A stretch of DNA of 63,427 bases, filler included, from Octopus bimaculoides (lineage: Eukaryota): NCBI RefSeq assembly GCF_001194135.2. It is 4 parts of 4 records of this genome, joined end to end, with 100 filler letters (N's around TTAATTAATTAA, not from the genome) between each part and the next. Parts side by side here need not be neighbours in the genome. Positions count along the whole stretch, not along the records: positions 32,305 to 61,231 come from NC_069001.1; 3 more parts are not named here. One strand, written 5' to 3'. Positions 39,126 to 53,190 of this stretch are shown piece by piece. The position numbers and the translations under genes are program-made. The notes below the pieces were generated by a model. That model made no database searches. It worked only from the letters and a program-made list of their open reading frames with translations, and was not told the DNA's origin. Each line of letters opens with the position of its first letter. Position 1 is the stretch's first letter.

Positions 39126-39640
39126 GCGAAGATGAAGCTCCAGCAAGACAGTAAATTAAATGAAGGAAACAGAGTAAAACATAAAACGAACACCTACACA
39201 AAACTATATCTTGATGCTTCATGATTAGTTGTTCATTCTATTGTGAATAATCTCACATGCCACTTCTGACTAAAATGTTACAAAACAGCCGTCGGTATTT
39301 ATATCAGGTACAATCTAAGAGCAAATTAGATTGGCCATAATTTCCATATCATGCATCAGACGTTGTATAATTAAATACGGGAAATTTAGAATTTATTATT
39401 AAATCAATATATTAACCATAAAATGCTTGTATTAGAAAATCTAAGACAAATTTAATGTCTTAGTCTACATTTCAGAAGGCGCGTTTGGTGGAAATTAGCA
39501 AATATAAATAGAGTTACGTCTAAGACAGTGGAGTCTACTGCAGAAAATTCCGAAATTATATACACATATACATACTCACTTAAATACCATCACATTCATA
39601 CATATACACACACACACTCACACACACACATTCACACACA

Positions 39641-39725
<85 letters not shown>

Positions 39726-40577
39726 GTATATATNNNNNNNNNNNNNNNNNNNNNNNNNNNNNNNNNNNNNNNNNNNNNNNNNNNNNNNNNNNNNNNNNNN
39801 NNNNNNNNNNNNNNNNNNNNNNNNNNNNNNNNNNNNNNNNNNNNNNNNNNNNNNNNNNNNNNNNNNNNNNNNNNNNNNNNNNNNNNNNNNNNNNNNNNNN
39901 NNNNNNNNNNNNNNNNNNNNNNNNNNNNNNNNNNNNNNNNNNNNNNNNNNNNNNNNNNNNNNNNNNNNNNNNNNNNNNNNNNNNNNNNNNNNNNNNNNNN
40001 NNNNNNNNNNNNNNNNNNNNNNNNNNNNNNNNNNNNNNNNNNNNNNNNNNNNNNNNNNNNNNNNNNNNNNNNNNNNNNNNNNNNNNNNNNNNNNNNNNNN
40101 NNNNNNNNNNNNNNNNNNNNNNNNNNNNNNNNNNNNNNNNNNNNNNNNNNNNNNNNNNNNNNNNNNNNNNNNNNNNNNNNNNNNNNNNNNNNNNNNNNNN
40201 NNNNNNNNNNNNNNNNNNNNNNNNNNNNNNNNNNNNNNNNNNNNNNNNNNNNNNNNNNNNNNNNNNNNNNNNNNNNNNNNNNNNNNNNNNNNNNNNNNNN
40301 NNNNNNNNNNNNNNNNNNNNNNNNNNNNNNNNNNNNNNNNNNNNNNNNNNNNNNNNNNNNNNNNNNNNNNNNNNNNNNNNNNNNNNNNNNNNNNNNNNNN
40401 NNNNNNNNNNNNNNNNNNNNNNNNNNNNNNNNNNNNNNNNNNNNNNNNNNNNNNNNNNNNNNNNNNNNNNNNNNNNNNNNNNNNNNNNNNNNNNNNNNNN
40501 NNNNNNNNNNNNNNNNNNNNNNNNNNNNNNNNNNNNNNNNNNNNNNNNNNNNNNNNNNNNNNNNNNNNNNNNNNNNN

Positions 40578-40638
<61 letters not shown>

Positions 40639-42399
40639 ATGTGTATTTATGTATGTATACACACGTACATAAATGAAATTAAACCTCTGCTAAAGGAAAT
40701 AATTCATTATGTCATTGTGTCAAGTGGCAACTACGTACCGGAAGACAAATCATTAATAAGTTTATATTAATAATACACAAGATAGATTACTGATTTATTG
40801 AAATGACCTACGATTGCAGAGACGGAACGCGAATAGTTTGGTAGTAGTTAATACTATCATCGAATGAGAAGAGAGAAACAATATCCTACATAATCAAGTA
40901 TTATCAAATATTTACATGCTGTTAAGGAAAAGATTGTTCGTCTGTAATAAGAAGAGACATAGATAAAAAGATTAGAGAGAGTTTGTGGTATAGAACGAAG
41001 AGATATAATTCAGAGTGATCATTGGCATGTGTTTGAACGAAACATAATCGTATATTACATAACATGCGAGATGAATGCTTGAATTATTGAAATTATATCT
41101 GGTCTCGGAGTGATGAGACAAATCTCTTCCTAGTATATGGTACCAACCTCAAAACAGAAGGGAGATATTCCAAAGATTCAAAAAGTTTCCAAAATTATCT
41201 TAACATTAAGGAAAAGGCAGAACATATGGCTCTTTTCAAATTCCGTCTACTAAATAACATTTTTCCAATTACCAGGCATTGTTAAACACGAAGTTGCAGA
41301 GGCGTTACTCATTTGGCGTGCTAGGGGTTCGATCTAAGAGCCACGCATTGACTGTCACACGCTGATATTAAGTCATTTATATAATTTAACTAAGGGAGGG
41401 TAAAATGCTACGTGAGTTTGGACGTATTTTAATGAAATAAATTACGTGCTATACATTTTCTCTGATGCATATGTACCAAGAAACTCTTATGCGTTGATCA
41501 TTTTGCATATCTATGTGATTTATTTCTGTAGGCAGTTACTGTCTTTTTTGACAAGTCTTCTATTCAAACTAAGGGATTCAAGATCGAAGCCACTCTCTAG
41601 AATACAATTCAGAAGCATTATTGAAGTAAACACATAGCCTTCTATTGTCCCGATCAGGCTACAACCTTGAAGGTTTGTTAAAGTGGATGAACTTGAGAAT
41701 AGTACATTACGGGTTCATTTTGTCAAAGGGGAATTACATGCAATTTTTTTTTTTTTCTAAAATAATACTTTCATGTATTCAAGAAAAATAGTAGCTGTGT
41801 TAAAACTCGACTGCAACAGTGTCGGGAGTTGTTTAGGGTAGCATATCTTCTCAGAGGAATATTCATGCTGGCTTAATCAATGGTGTACTTGACAAACTGA
41901 CAATTTAATGGTTATTAAAAATAATATGATTTATTACTTAAAAATGGGATCACTAGCCGTTCATTTATTATCAAATTACGAATTAATCTAATTTCCCGGC
42001 TTTATTCGATTTCTTATTTTTTAAAAACATTATCCTACATCAAACTGGTTGCTATATTAAGAACAAGCAATGTTGATGAGAAACTGGACGCTGATGAAAA
42101 CAAATAAAATACAAACGTTCGGGGATTTAACCGTTGCTTCATGCACTAAGGGAGACTGTTAGCTAAATCATATAGTTTCCCTAGCCACCGAATTCAAGAA
42201 TGTGGAACTTTATGATATTGAAAATTTTGGCGTTAAACCAATTTCCCTAATAGTGTTTCCAAGGCAATTTTTTCCAGTGGTTTTTCCCTGTTAGGTTTGC
42301 TTTCACATGATACTATTAATGTGGCTATATATGAAATTATGGAATGATAACTTGCGGAGAAGAACAATCATTTTCTGAAATATGTACTCATCGATATGT

Positions 42400-43250
42400 A
42401 CTGGGGTGTATTTGAATCCCTAGTTACATGCAAGAAACAGATGCATTACTTGGTAGACATCCGTGTTCCTGAGTTTTCTGTAGCCTTTGATTCTTATTAT
42501 TTTTATTTCTGATGGGATTTGGGTGAGTATTGACACCTCAGATCGGTGTAGTGAATCAATTTCTTTTGTTATATGCTTTAATATCTTGTGGTTTATTCTT
42601 TTCAGCATAATGAGACTTGCATTATTTCAGTGAGCGTTTATCTTGTATAGTATGTGTTGGATAAGCTCTGTTCCGTTAGGTTATTACGTGCCTTATATAG
42701 GTTGTATGTTGTGTCTGAGGATTCCCTTATATGAGCTATTATATTGAACGGTGAGTTATACTATGGAATAGATAGTGTTCTTAGATGAGTTATTTGAGCC
42801 AGTGTTGACTTTCATTTTGGCTTAATTCATCTTTATCGAAGTTTGGAAGATATTGGTCAGCGTGTGGTTTTTCTCTCCATTTTCTGTTTAATATGTATTG
42901 TAATTTTGTTTACATCTTGTAGGTTTTTTTTCTTTTGTCCATTTAACTATTTCTGTTGTGATGCAATCTAAATTTAGTGTTTCGGTTAGTTTGTTTTAGT
43001 TATGTATTTTATCGATTTCTCGTATGTAGAGAAGGGGTCTTTCGAGGCTTTGCTTCTCATATTCTTTTATTACATTTATGAATCTTCCATTATCTGTTTC
43101 TCGGTATTGGTCTAGTGCAACTGTTCTTAATCCATATAAATTTTCTATTTCCATCAGGCTACATTGTCCTTGTATACAGTTTATTGCTTGTATGGTTAGC
43201 GTATATATTGCTATTATCAGTAAGACTAAGTTCCGTTTTTGATATTCGTC
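42400..43250 (-). mobile_element. Very degenerate non-LTR retrotransposon fragment, probably R4/Dong-like C-terminal half
   Basis: Minus-strand LMEIENLY and KWREKPHADQY...DKDE..SQHWL resemble the W.EKP.HGQY..DK..S..WL region of RLE-clade ORFs. Many stops. Confidence 0.5.
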
Positions 43251-43260
43251 TAACTAATAC

Positions 43261-44150
43261 TAAGGCGGTGAAGTGGCCGAGTTGTTAGCACGCTGGACTG
43301 CATGTTTCCCCGGCATTTCGTACATCTTTGCTTTCTGAGTTCAAATTCCTTGTTGGTCGACTTGGTATTTCGTCGTTTTGTAGTGGATAAAATAAGTACC
43401 AGTTAAGCGCTAAGGTCGATGTAATTAACTTACCCTTCTCCTAAAATTGTTGATCTCGCGCCAAAATTTATTATCAATATTAATCTAACTAAAGGAAGCG
43501 AGTTGGCAGAAACGTTAGCACGCTGGTAGAAATGCTTAGGGGGATTTCGTCTGCCCTTACGCTCTGAGTTCAAATTCCGCCGAGGTCGACTTTGCTTTTC
43601 ACCCTTTCGGGGTCGATAAATTAAGTACCAGTTACACACTGGGGTCGATTTAATCGACTTAATTCCTTTGTCTGTCCTTGTTTGGCCCCTCTGTGTGTAG
43701 CCCCTTGTGTGCAATAAAGAAATAAGAAACGTTAGGACGCCGGGCGAAATGCAAAGCGATATTTCGTCTGTTTTTTTACGTTCTGAGTCCAAATTCTGCC
43801 GAGGTCGATTTTGCCATTCATCCTTTCGGGGTCGATAATTAAGTACCAGTTGCGTACTAGGGTCGATCTAATTGACTGGCTCCCTCCCCCAAAATTTCAG
43901 GCCTTGCACCTAGAGTAGTAAAGAATATTAGTCTAACTAAAGGCGGCAAGGCGGCAAGGCAGCAAAACCATCAGTTCACCGGGGTAAAATGGTTAGCAGC
44001 ATCCCGTTCTTCTTTAATTTCTTAGTTGATACTCAACTAGAGTCGATTTTGTCTTTCATCCTTTCGAAATCGATATACTCAGCACCATTTGATGTAATTG
44101 ACTTACCTCTTCACCCTATATTGTTATCGTTGGGCCCAAGATTTGTCTAA
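43261..44150 (+). mobile_element. Tandem cluster of family-1 SINEs: monomer 43261-43470, dimer 43491-43928, degenerate monomer 43941-44150
   Basis: Four same-strand family-1 bodies. Dimer junction GCAATAAAGAAATAAGAAACGTTAGGACGCCGGGCGAAATG. Confidence 0.85.
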
Positions 44151-44490
44151 ATCTTTAGTTTTCTTCCCTTATTTTTTATTTACATGCGTTGTATTTTAGT
44201 TGTTCCGACAAACTCTATATAATTGTATGGGTGATAAGTAGCTAATTTTCTAATTTCAATGTGTATTAATCGCTATGCTGGTTAACGTTCCTCTTCCTTG
44301 ATGTCACTCTGGCACTTTTGTTTCATGCTGTAATTATCCTTATGACTTTGATGAAACTATGGATAATTTTTAGGTTTTCCTACGCGTTGTCAGTGTTTAT
44401 GAAGCTTATAAATCGTCTCTCAGCGGGCGGAAGAGTATTTGAATTTTGACCTTAGCGCCTTTATCTGACAGAATACAGGGAAGGGAAAAA

Positions 44491-44530
44491 GTATTTAACG
44501 TTTCGAGCGTACGCTCTTCCACAGAAAGGA
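44491..44530 (-). ncRNA. Hammerhead-like motif with non-canonical core (GAGC/GCUC family)
   Basis: UUU CUGUGGA A GAGC GUAC GCUC GAAACGUU AAA. The core has U at the conserved A6. Confidence 0.45.
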
Positions 44531-45213
44531 ACACAGAAAAAAACAAGAAGAGAAACAAGCAGAGAAAAAAATGTGCGTAGTGGTTAGCGATTTATGTATG
44601 CATATTAATACATAAGCTAGTATATATAGTTCCACATGCAGGAATTTTCGAATATTACAGTAAACATTACAATAAGAGTCTTCTTCAAAGTTAGACACTA
44701 AGAATTCCTGTAAATTTTCGATTATAATTTTCTATATTCATTTCTATAATACCTGCAGAGACCGAATTTTATGAAACAACTTACGTTATGTTTCAGACCA
44801 ATTTTTCAAGTAATATATGTTTTATGTACGGATCTATTGCTTTTTTAAATTTTCAATTGTGTATTGAACAATAAAATCTAATTGAGTTAATATTAAACAT
44901 AAGATATATGTTATTGGCGTTATTGTACAGGGTGTGTACTGGTATAGCATTCATGAGAATTTCCCATAATTTTATCTATTTACAACTCACTTCATAATTG
45001 ACCAACAATAAAACGGTCAACAAAAAATTAGGCATGGGAGTAATACTTAGTTTTAACAAGAAATTGTATTTTTGCACACATGTCGACATACAGGCAGACA
45101 AACGTCTCTCTCTCTNNNNNNNNNNNNNNNNNNNNNNNNNNNNNNNNNNNNNNNNNNNNNNNNNNNNNNNNNNNNNNNNNNATATATATACGCACGCACA
45201 CACACACACACAC

Positions 45214-45249
<36 letters not shown>

Positions 45250-48200
45250 CACGGAATTTTGTCAATGATCAGGTCGCTGTTTCAAAGCGAAGAAAATATT
45301 TTGGCAAATTAAATTTAAATGTTGAAGTGAATCTAACGGCTGTGTGTGTTTTTAAATGGCTTATAAACACCTTCCACGTTGCAATTGTATATATATATAT
45401 ATATATATATGACTGTCTCATTCAAGTTATATGCACAGACATGTAAACCCCATAGACTTATTAAAATATGAGCGTGTATATGTGTGGGTATGTGTGTGCA
45501 TGTGAGTGTGTATATTTAATCAGTCTAAGCACAAATTTCTAAATCTGTGCAGCTATAAATAAAAGCATCTAATATATTTGTTTACAGAAATGAAAACCCT
45601 TAAAACGAATAAATGTCGCAAGCCTAACTTTTAGATATACATTTAGGCATTACCTGAACTGTTATAAATATTTTCATTAGTCAGGAGCATGTGACGCATC
45701 AGATAAGAATATACATAGTTACCAGAATATGAGCAAGAGATACCCCTATTTGTCTAGGCCAAATCTACATGTTTTAACTAACGAGTCTGTTGAACGAATC
45801 ATAAAAAATATCAAAGCCACTAGCCTCTAGCCGGGAAGAGACCGGATCCTCTTGTGACAAGGGGATCTGGCCTCTTCTCGGATATTCAACAACTTAAATG
45901 TGATCTCATGAATGAGAAAACTAATGCTACATCAATTTTATTGAAGTGAGTGAAATCATGTTGGCTACCATAATATATCTGCATGCTTTTTATAATGTTG
46001 TTTGTGTCTGGAGATAAATTGGAAACGACAATGGTCGCCTAATTTAGTATATGATAGAAGCGCCTCAGCCGATTGAAAATAAATTCGATCGGATTGCGAG
46101 CTAAAAATGCCGTTGCATACATTGCATATTGGCCTGAGACTAAAATATCGCAGATTTAAGTTAACAGCACATTTCACGCATGTGCGTTGACACACATGCC
46201 TAAATAAACACGAACACGCACCCACACACACAAGCGCACGCACACACACAAACACTCACACACATACAAACACTCACACACATACACAGACATGTACATA
46301 TATACATGTTTGCATGTATGTTTATAAAAAATATTCTTATCACGTCAGCAACATATAACCTCCGATGGTTAAAATAAAGTTTCTAAAACTGATAAAGAAC
46401 TTCAACGGAACGTCTTGGTCCAAAGGAAGAACACCTATCGTATTTACAAGAGATGCGGGTTCGAATCAAACGAAGAAATTGGAATGTGGATATTCGGAAA
46501 GAAAATTAACATTTGCAAACGGCTTAAATATTATATCAATGTAGTACTACAGTTATTGCTTCAGCATTCAAAGAATTAATGAAAATATGTATTTGGAATG
46601 CAATTTGGTCGATCATCGTAGAAAGTGGTGTAGATATCATTTCGTGTTTGCATACGACTTTCAAAGTATTCATTAACTAGCATGAAATTTCCTCAACATG
46701 TAGAATGCCACATATTTGATTCTCTGCATCGCATTTTCTCTGCACCTATATAAATATTTTCCTTCCCTTTATTGCTTCAAAATTGGAAATCGTAACAGAT
46801 TATTTACATTATTAATCATAATTTAATAAATTTGAAGTTATTTTCCATTTCAATTATAATCCAATATATATTTATGGCAGAAAAATCCGCTGCAATACTT
46901 CTTTACAAAGAACTTCATAGGTTTTGCAAAGAGAATTTTCTACGCTTGTTTTCAAACTGATGAACGCACTGCCTTATGCACTGCTGACACACGAAACAAT
47001 TGAATCGCTTATGTCAAGTAGTATTTCGATCGGTATTTATACGCATTCTCATTCAAGACTTGCCTTTAAGTCCCTATCTCTTGCCAGTTTTTTTTTTTTT
47101 CCTGGAAACTGTACCTTGTAAGTACTCCTTGGAAAAAGCTGGTGTGATATGAGGTCCGTTGAATACCTCGGCTGATCTAGTGAACCTCTTTGCCTTATTG
47201 CCTTATCCAACATTATGACAAAATTTCACCACGTTAGGCACCTACATGACTATGGTAATTGTGGAGGTACCTCAATTTGTATGAAATAAGACTCTATCTA
47301 CAAAATCCTCTTGATGTCTTTGCAAGGCAGATTGTTGCTGCAAGTTCAAGTAAACGAGACTACTAAAAGTACTGTAAACAATGGTTGAATTAATCCTTGT
47401 TATAATAGATCGCTTCAAAATGCAACTTCTGGCAATTTAAGACGATTTTCCTCCAAAATATGCAGATTACCAGCCTCTATTAAGAGTAATAGTGGCTGCT
47501 AATATAGCCATTTTATTTGAAAGTAACCTCATCACTCCATCTTTGTTCAAGACTATGAACTTCTTATACACCTTTCCACTCTCGAAAATTTAATTTTTGG
47601 TCCTGCTCATCTTCATTGATAGAAAGGACTTTACTTGGATATAATATTTACTTGGATATAATATAATATAATATAATATTCCCTGTAATAATGTTTTCAA
47701 ATGCGAAAGGCGCCTGATTTTTACATTCTCTCGCTACACGCATGCCAAGCGAATTTTTCGGGTCTCTGAATATGTTTTCCGTACCCTTCTTTTTTTTTCT
47801 TTTTTGCTTTGTTGGCCTTTTTAATCTGAAAAGTTTTCCGGAGCAATTTTGGTTATATTCTGAACAGTTCCATCTTCATCATTATTTAAATTTAATCCCA
47901 ACGAGGGTACTTCGCGTAGATGGATCAGCTTCAAATTCTCTACTAAACCCCCTTTGCATTTCGACAGCGTTTTCAAACTTCCAATAACTATTTCGGAACA
48001 AATTCATGTACGCAAACTTTTACGCTTAGCCTGGCACATTAACTTTAACAGGTTAAATGTAAAAATGAGTCAAAACTAAGTGAGCTGTTAAAGTCTGTAT
48101 GCCTTTGTGAGGTCACCATGTATATATGAATATATGTTTATATGCGCAAAGACACATATATACGCGTATGTTTATAGTTATGTACGTATTTGTATATACA

Positions 48201-49436
48201 CCTCTAAACGATGGGGAGTAGACATGAGGGAGAGTAGCATAGTAGTTCGAGTGTTTTTTTTTTATTATACTCATTCCAGGTTCCTCCTTCTCTGTCTTTA
48301 CATCCTGCTTTGTGGCTTGTGGCTAGTAAGTAATAAAATAAACGAGTGAATGAATTGATCAAACGTACGCATGTACCCATACGCACAAACACACACATAC
48401 ACAAATATATATTCTCGCATGCAGCTAATGAGATACGAGCATGTTCCTTTGAAAGATAAAATCACAGACGACAAGATAAAGAAACGTCGAATCACTTTTT
48501 ATGCTAGGTTTTCAAACTGTTTATTTTCCCTTTCATTTTTATATTTTGGTTCATCTGCATTTATGATCTATGATGTAAAGCTTCTTCAGATTTGACTAAA
48601 AAAGTATGACTTTTATTCTCGCTCATTACGGACGACTCGTGGCTTTCAACACCTTGAGGAAATGCAACCCTAAGGTGATTCTATTCGATAGCACAATCAG
48701 CAATTGAACCTTCCGGCTTCATATTTTCTCTGCATTCATCCTCGCTGAATATGATCAAATAGTTAATAATAATAATAATAATAATAATGATAATAATAGT
48801 CTCGCCATCAAAAGATCAATCCAATGCACGAAGCTCCTAAATTGAGATTGCCTCTGGTACACGTATTTTTGCATTCACTTACTGTACAACGTACATACAT
48901 ACACACACACGCAAACATACATATATGCAAACAGACACACATTTATACAACTCAATCGTTTACAAGAAAATGAATGCCCTCTAGTTTGTGGGGTCAAATA
49001 CAAATGGCATCGATTTACACCTAAACATTCCGATTTCGAAAGAAACTATATATTTCATGTAATAAAATGAAAGCAATTTGATACACAATCCTATCGTACG
49101 TAAATTGTTTCGAAATAACGAGTGAACATTTATATGGATTTCTGTTTGCCTCATAAAAGCAGCAGCTGATAATCTCACACTTCAGACTAAAAAGTGTGTA
49201 TCACCCTGCGTCTGCGTACTCCGTCTCAGAAACTGGGGTTGTTACAACTACGAAAGGAATAGTTCCTAAATAATTTCTTACATGAGATTTATTAATTCAT
49301 TTGCTGTTGCGAGGACACTAACATTTCGGAGAGTTTCCATTCATCTGCGAGTCAGGAAGATAAGGTAACTGAAACAGGGACGAGAGAATGTGTGTGATGG
49401 TGAAGTCATTTAACCAGAAAACTAGTCATAGTAATC

Positions 49437-49603
49437 ATTTACATTATCTACATTTGACGGATATTCGTCCTCATCTTGTTTGTTGTTAACACAACGTTTC
49501 GGCTGATATACCCTCCAGCCTTCGTCAGATGAGGACGAATATCCGTCAAATGTAGATAATGTAAATAATGTAAATAATTCCTCATCTCTTAAATATAGAA
49601 CTG
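49437..49603. mobile_element. tRNA-(AAT)n-hammerhead element, copy E: 5'-truncated inverted-duplication insertion with 14-bp TSD
   Basis: Perfect 40-bp inverted repeat (49437-49476 / 49527-49566) with the HHR core on the minus strand between the arms. TAGTCATAGTAATC at 49423-49436 and 49604-49617. Confidence 0.9.
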
Positions 49604-50944
49604 TAGTCATAGTAATCTCTTAAAACGTTAACACACTCACGTGGCTGCTAGTGCAGCTGAATGTCTAAGAAGTGTACTTCATAATCATGACGTCCTCGGT
49701 TCGATCCCGTTACGTTGAATCCTAAGCAATTGCATTTTTTAAAGCATGAAATCGGTTCTATGTTTTAGAGTGAATTTAATTGATCAATATTTCTATAGAA
49801 GCTCATGCGATGGAATTCAAAGGACTACTCTTGTCACGCGCTCTCGTTGTAACTGAGATGTGTCCAGGGAGATGTTTCGTTGTTACTGAGATATGTCCTA
49901 GTTAATCAGATAAGATTTTCAGACGTCGAAATCAAGGTACATTCTATATCACATTCGTCAAGCATTGCATGATTTAAAAAATTATATTTCGATTCAAATT
50001 GATAAGGTTCAGAAGTATATGTTACTTCCAGAGAAATGGATGGTGGAGAAAAAGAAGAGGGAGAGGGAGGAGGAGCAGGACGGAAGGCGTAGTAGTAGTA
50101 GGAGGAGGAGGAGAAGAAGATGAGTCTACCTTAGTAAGGAATTCCGGTTAAGCCATGCAACCATAGAAATGTTGACGCTAAAATGATGAGGGTTACAGTT
50201 ATGATGATGATGACGATAGTGAGGAGAAGCACATGAATGCTTACATACATTAGTGTATACAAATGCATACAGACATAACGATACATACGCAACAGTCCAC
50301 TTTGTAGGTTATAGAAAGCAACAAAACTCATATTAGCCACAAAAAAACTAGATCAAAATTTGAGCCCTCATCTAGTACTAGATTGATATACTGGACAAAA
50401 TGCATCGTTAAACCTCGACATGGTTTGAACTCAAATTATATAGAGTCAATAGCAATATTATGAAATAATGTTTTTCGTATCGTCATAGGACAAAGGGTCA
50501 TTAAGCAATCTATAAGTGTGTGGAAGATATGAATAAATACTTCGTTCCAGAGACCAAAATAAAACAGAGAATAATATATTTTATTTTCCATTGCATTTAA
50601 TATTCACACTTTAGGTTTTCTCCTATTTAAAACCCTCAAATCTGATGCACAGAATTACTTTTCCCATAAGCTTTTAGTTAGAAGAAATACGTAGTAGAAA
50701 TACGAGCGTCCAGAGTAGAATTCAGACACTTATATCGTGTCTGACTGCAAAACAGGTCTAATATATTGTAATTAAAGAGAAACCAATACAATGAATGTAT
50801 TTGCAATTCTATTTGCATTATTTTCTAAGACAGAAATAGTGTATTCAACACCATGAATATACAATTGTTTGTGAACCGAAATAAACATATTAAATGTGTG
50901 TGCATATCTAAGTCTGTTTCTCTGTTTATATGAATCTCCGTGCG

Positions 50945-50983
<39 letters not shown>

Positions 50984-51770
50984 NNNNNNNNNNNNNNNNN
51001 NNNNNNNNNNNNNNNNNNNNNNNNNNNNNNNNNNNNNNNNNNNNNNNNNNNNNNNNNNNNNNNNNNNNNNNNNNNNNNNNNNNNNNNNNNNNNNNNNNNN
51101 NNNNNNNNNNNNNNNNNNNNNNATATATATATATATATATATATACATACACACACACACACATATATATATAATTATTATTATTATTAATAATAATAAT
51201 AATAATAATATTACACAGACGAACACACACACATATATAAACAGATAACTGTTAGTGAAAGAAACAGAAGGTAAGTCGAGGTGGGGGAGAGTGATTCTAA
51301 CTAGAAAGAATAAATACCTTAATTTGGAGCTGTCACAAGTATATACATATATGTACACGCACACTTACAGAAACACATCACTCACATATACAAACATGTG
51401 TATATATGTGTGCGTGTGTGATCGTGTGTGTGCGTACGTATGAATATATGTGTGTGTGTATATGGATATATACATTTATATACACACATATATATGTGTA
51501 TATACGTATGATATAAATATATGATATATGTATATATATATACATACACACATATATCTATACATATATACATATATATATATATCTATATATATATNNN
51601 NNNNNNNNNNNNNNNNNNNNNNNNNNNNNNNNNNNNNNNNNNNNNNNNNNNNNNNNNNNNNNNNNNNNNNNNNNNNNNNNNNNNNNNNNNNNNNNNNTGT
51701 ATGTATGTATGTATGTATGTATGCATACAAGACAAATTCTCTTTTATTATGTTATTTTTGTATACGAATA

Positions 51771-51996
51771 TCATATTCTGCACACAGCAGACATATGAAT
51801 GTTCGAGGCCCGAAACCATCAATTTTTATTTTGTTCTAATCTGGCAATAACGCCACTCAAAATATACCATTAATTCCAGAATATTACATAATACGGTTAC
51901 CTTAAAACGTTGTACTTGTCACTGGTATTGAAGCCTTCCAATACGCGTTTAACTATACGTTACTGAGAAGGTTTAATAGAACCGAAACTTGTCTAG
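51771..51996 (+). repeat. Unclassified ~225-bp repeat ending in a hammerhead-like motif; inverted partner at 53962-54181
   Basis: About 16 substitutions and one small indel against the reverse complement of 53962-54181 (manual alignment). Confidence 0.9.
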
Positions 51997-52904
51997 CAGT
52001 GGCGCCACACGTAAGAAATCACAATTAAATTTGTTCAATGTACACATCCACATAGATGTAATGAATTTCCAACTCGTCGTTTTCTCATTCTGAATCTCAA
52101 CAAAGAATGCCATTGAAAAGAAATACTTTTTCCTATATATTGTTGCATTAGATTAAGAATAGTAGTTTCCACTTAACCACATTTCATTCATAGAGAAGGA
52201 TTCTCATTGCAAATGTTCGTATATTACGTTATCGTTTTATATTGCGTTTATGAAAGAAGTAGTGAAATTATAGAACCAAAAGTTCCACGGATTGATTACG
52301 CTTATTTCATGTGATATACTGTGACTATGTAAATTACACTACTCGTCAAATGTACGGAATGATGACAATGCTTGGAAATTATTTAACTTCTCTGTTGTTT
52401 ACGACACCATAGATATTGCTATTTATATACCACTTATAAGTATTTCTCTGATCATTGTGAATTCGAATCTCGCAGACGTCGCCGTTGATTTCCACATTTC
52501 CAAATATCCGGGGTCGATATCTTTTAAATGATAACTTTGACATAATAAATTTCCCCCCCTCTCTCAAATGTCTGACTTATTTTGTGTGTGTGTGTGTGAG
52601 AGAGAGTGAGTTTGTGTGCGTGCGTGTAAATTGCATAACGTTCAAAACTAGTTTTCATCTTCTCGGTTTCGATGAATTTATTACAAATTATGTATTTGTG
52701 TCGATGTATTCGACGGAACCCTCTCGCCGAAATTGCCGCAGGATATTCTGAAAGGCACCCCTAAAAAAAGATAAATAAAAAAAAAAACTTTGAATTTGTT
52801 TAGGAGCTCGGACTGGCTGAGGATGAGCCATGTCTCATGCTGTCTGTATCTCGAATGCTTGGGCTTACAACGTCGAACGTCATAATTTCAATATATTTAT
52901 CTGA

Positions 52905-53190
52905 GTCTGTTTATGCTGAGTTCAAATCCAAACAAAATTACCTTTACTGTTCATTGTTCCGGGTTCGACAGAAATAGCAGTCAAATTTTGGTGTCGAATC
53001 TGCTTAGCAGATTTAGTACGGGGCTGCGCAAAATTTATTAACATATACTGAATAACAATCCTTCACGTACTGATCTTCAAACTGTGTTGAGGTCAGCTAT
53101 GACTTTCATCTTTAAGAGATCGATAAAATGAAGTTCAAGTCAAGTATTGGGTGTCGATATTATCGATTATATCACTCTCTATACTTGCAT
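52905..53190 (+). mobile_element. Two degenerate family-1 SINE fragments
   Basis: CTGAGTTCAAATCC...TTTACTGTTCATTGTTCCGGGTTCGAC and GAGGTCAGCTATGACTTTCATC...TCGATAAAATGAAG. Confidence 0.55.

Noticed and set aside
47593-47619. IFGP motif as candidate next receptor exon
   Set aside because: Followed by an in-frame TGA after four codons, with no CxQ..GV context and no acceptor.
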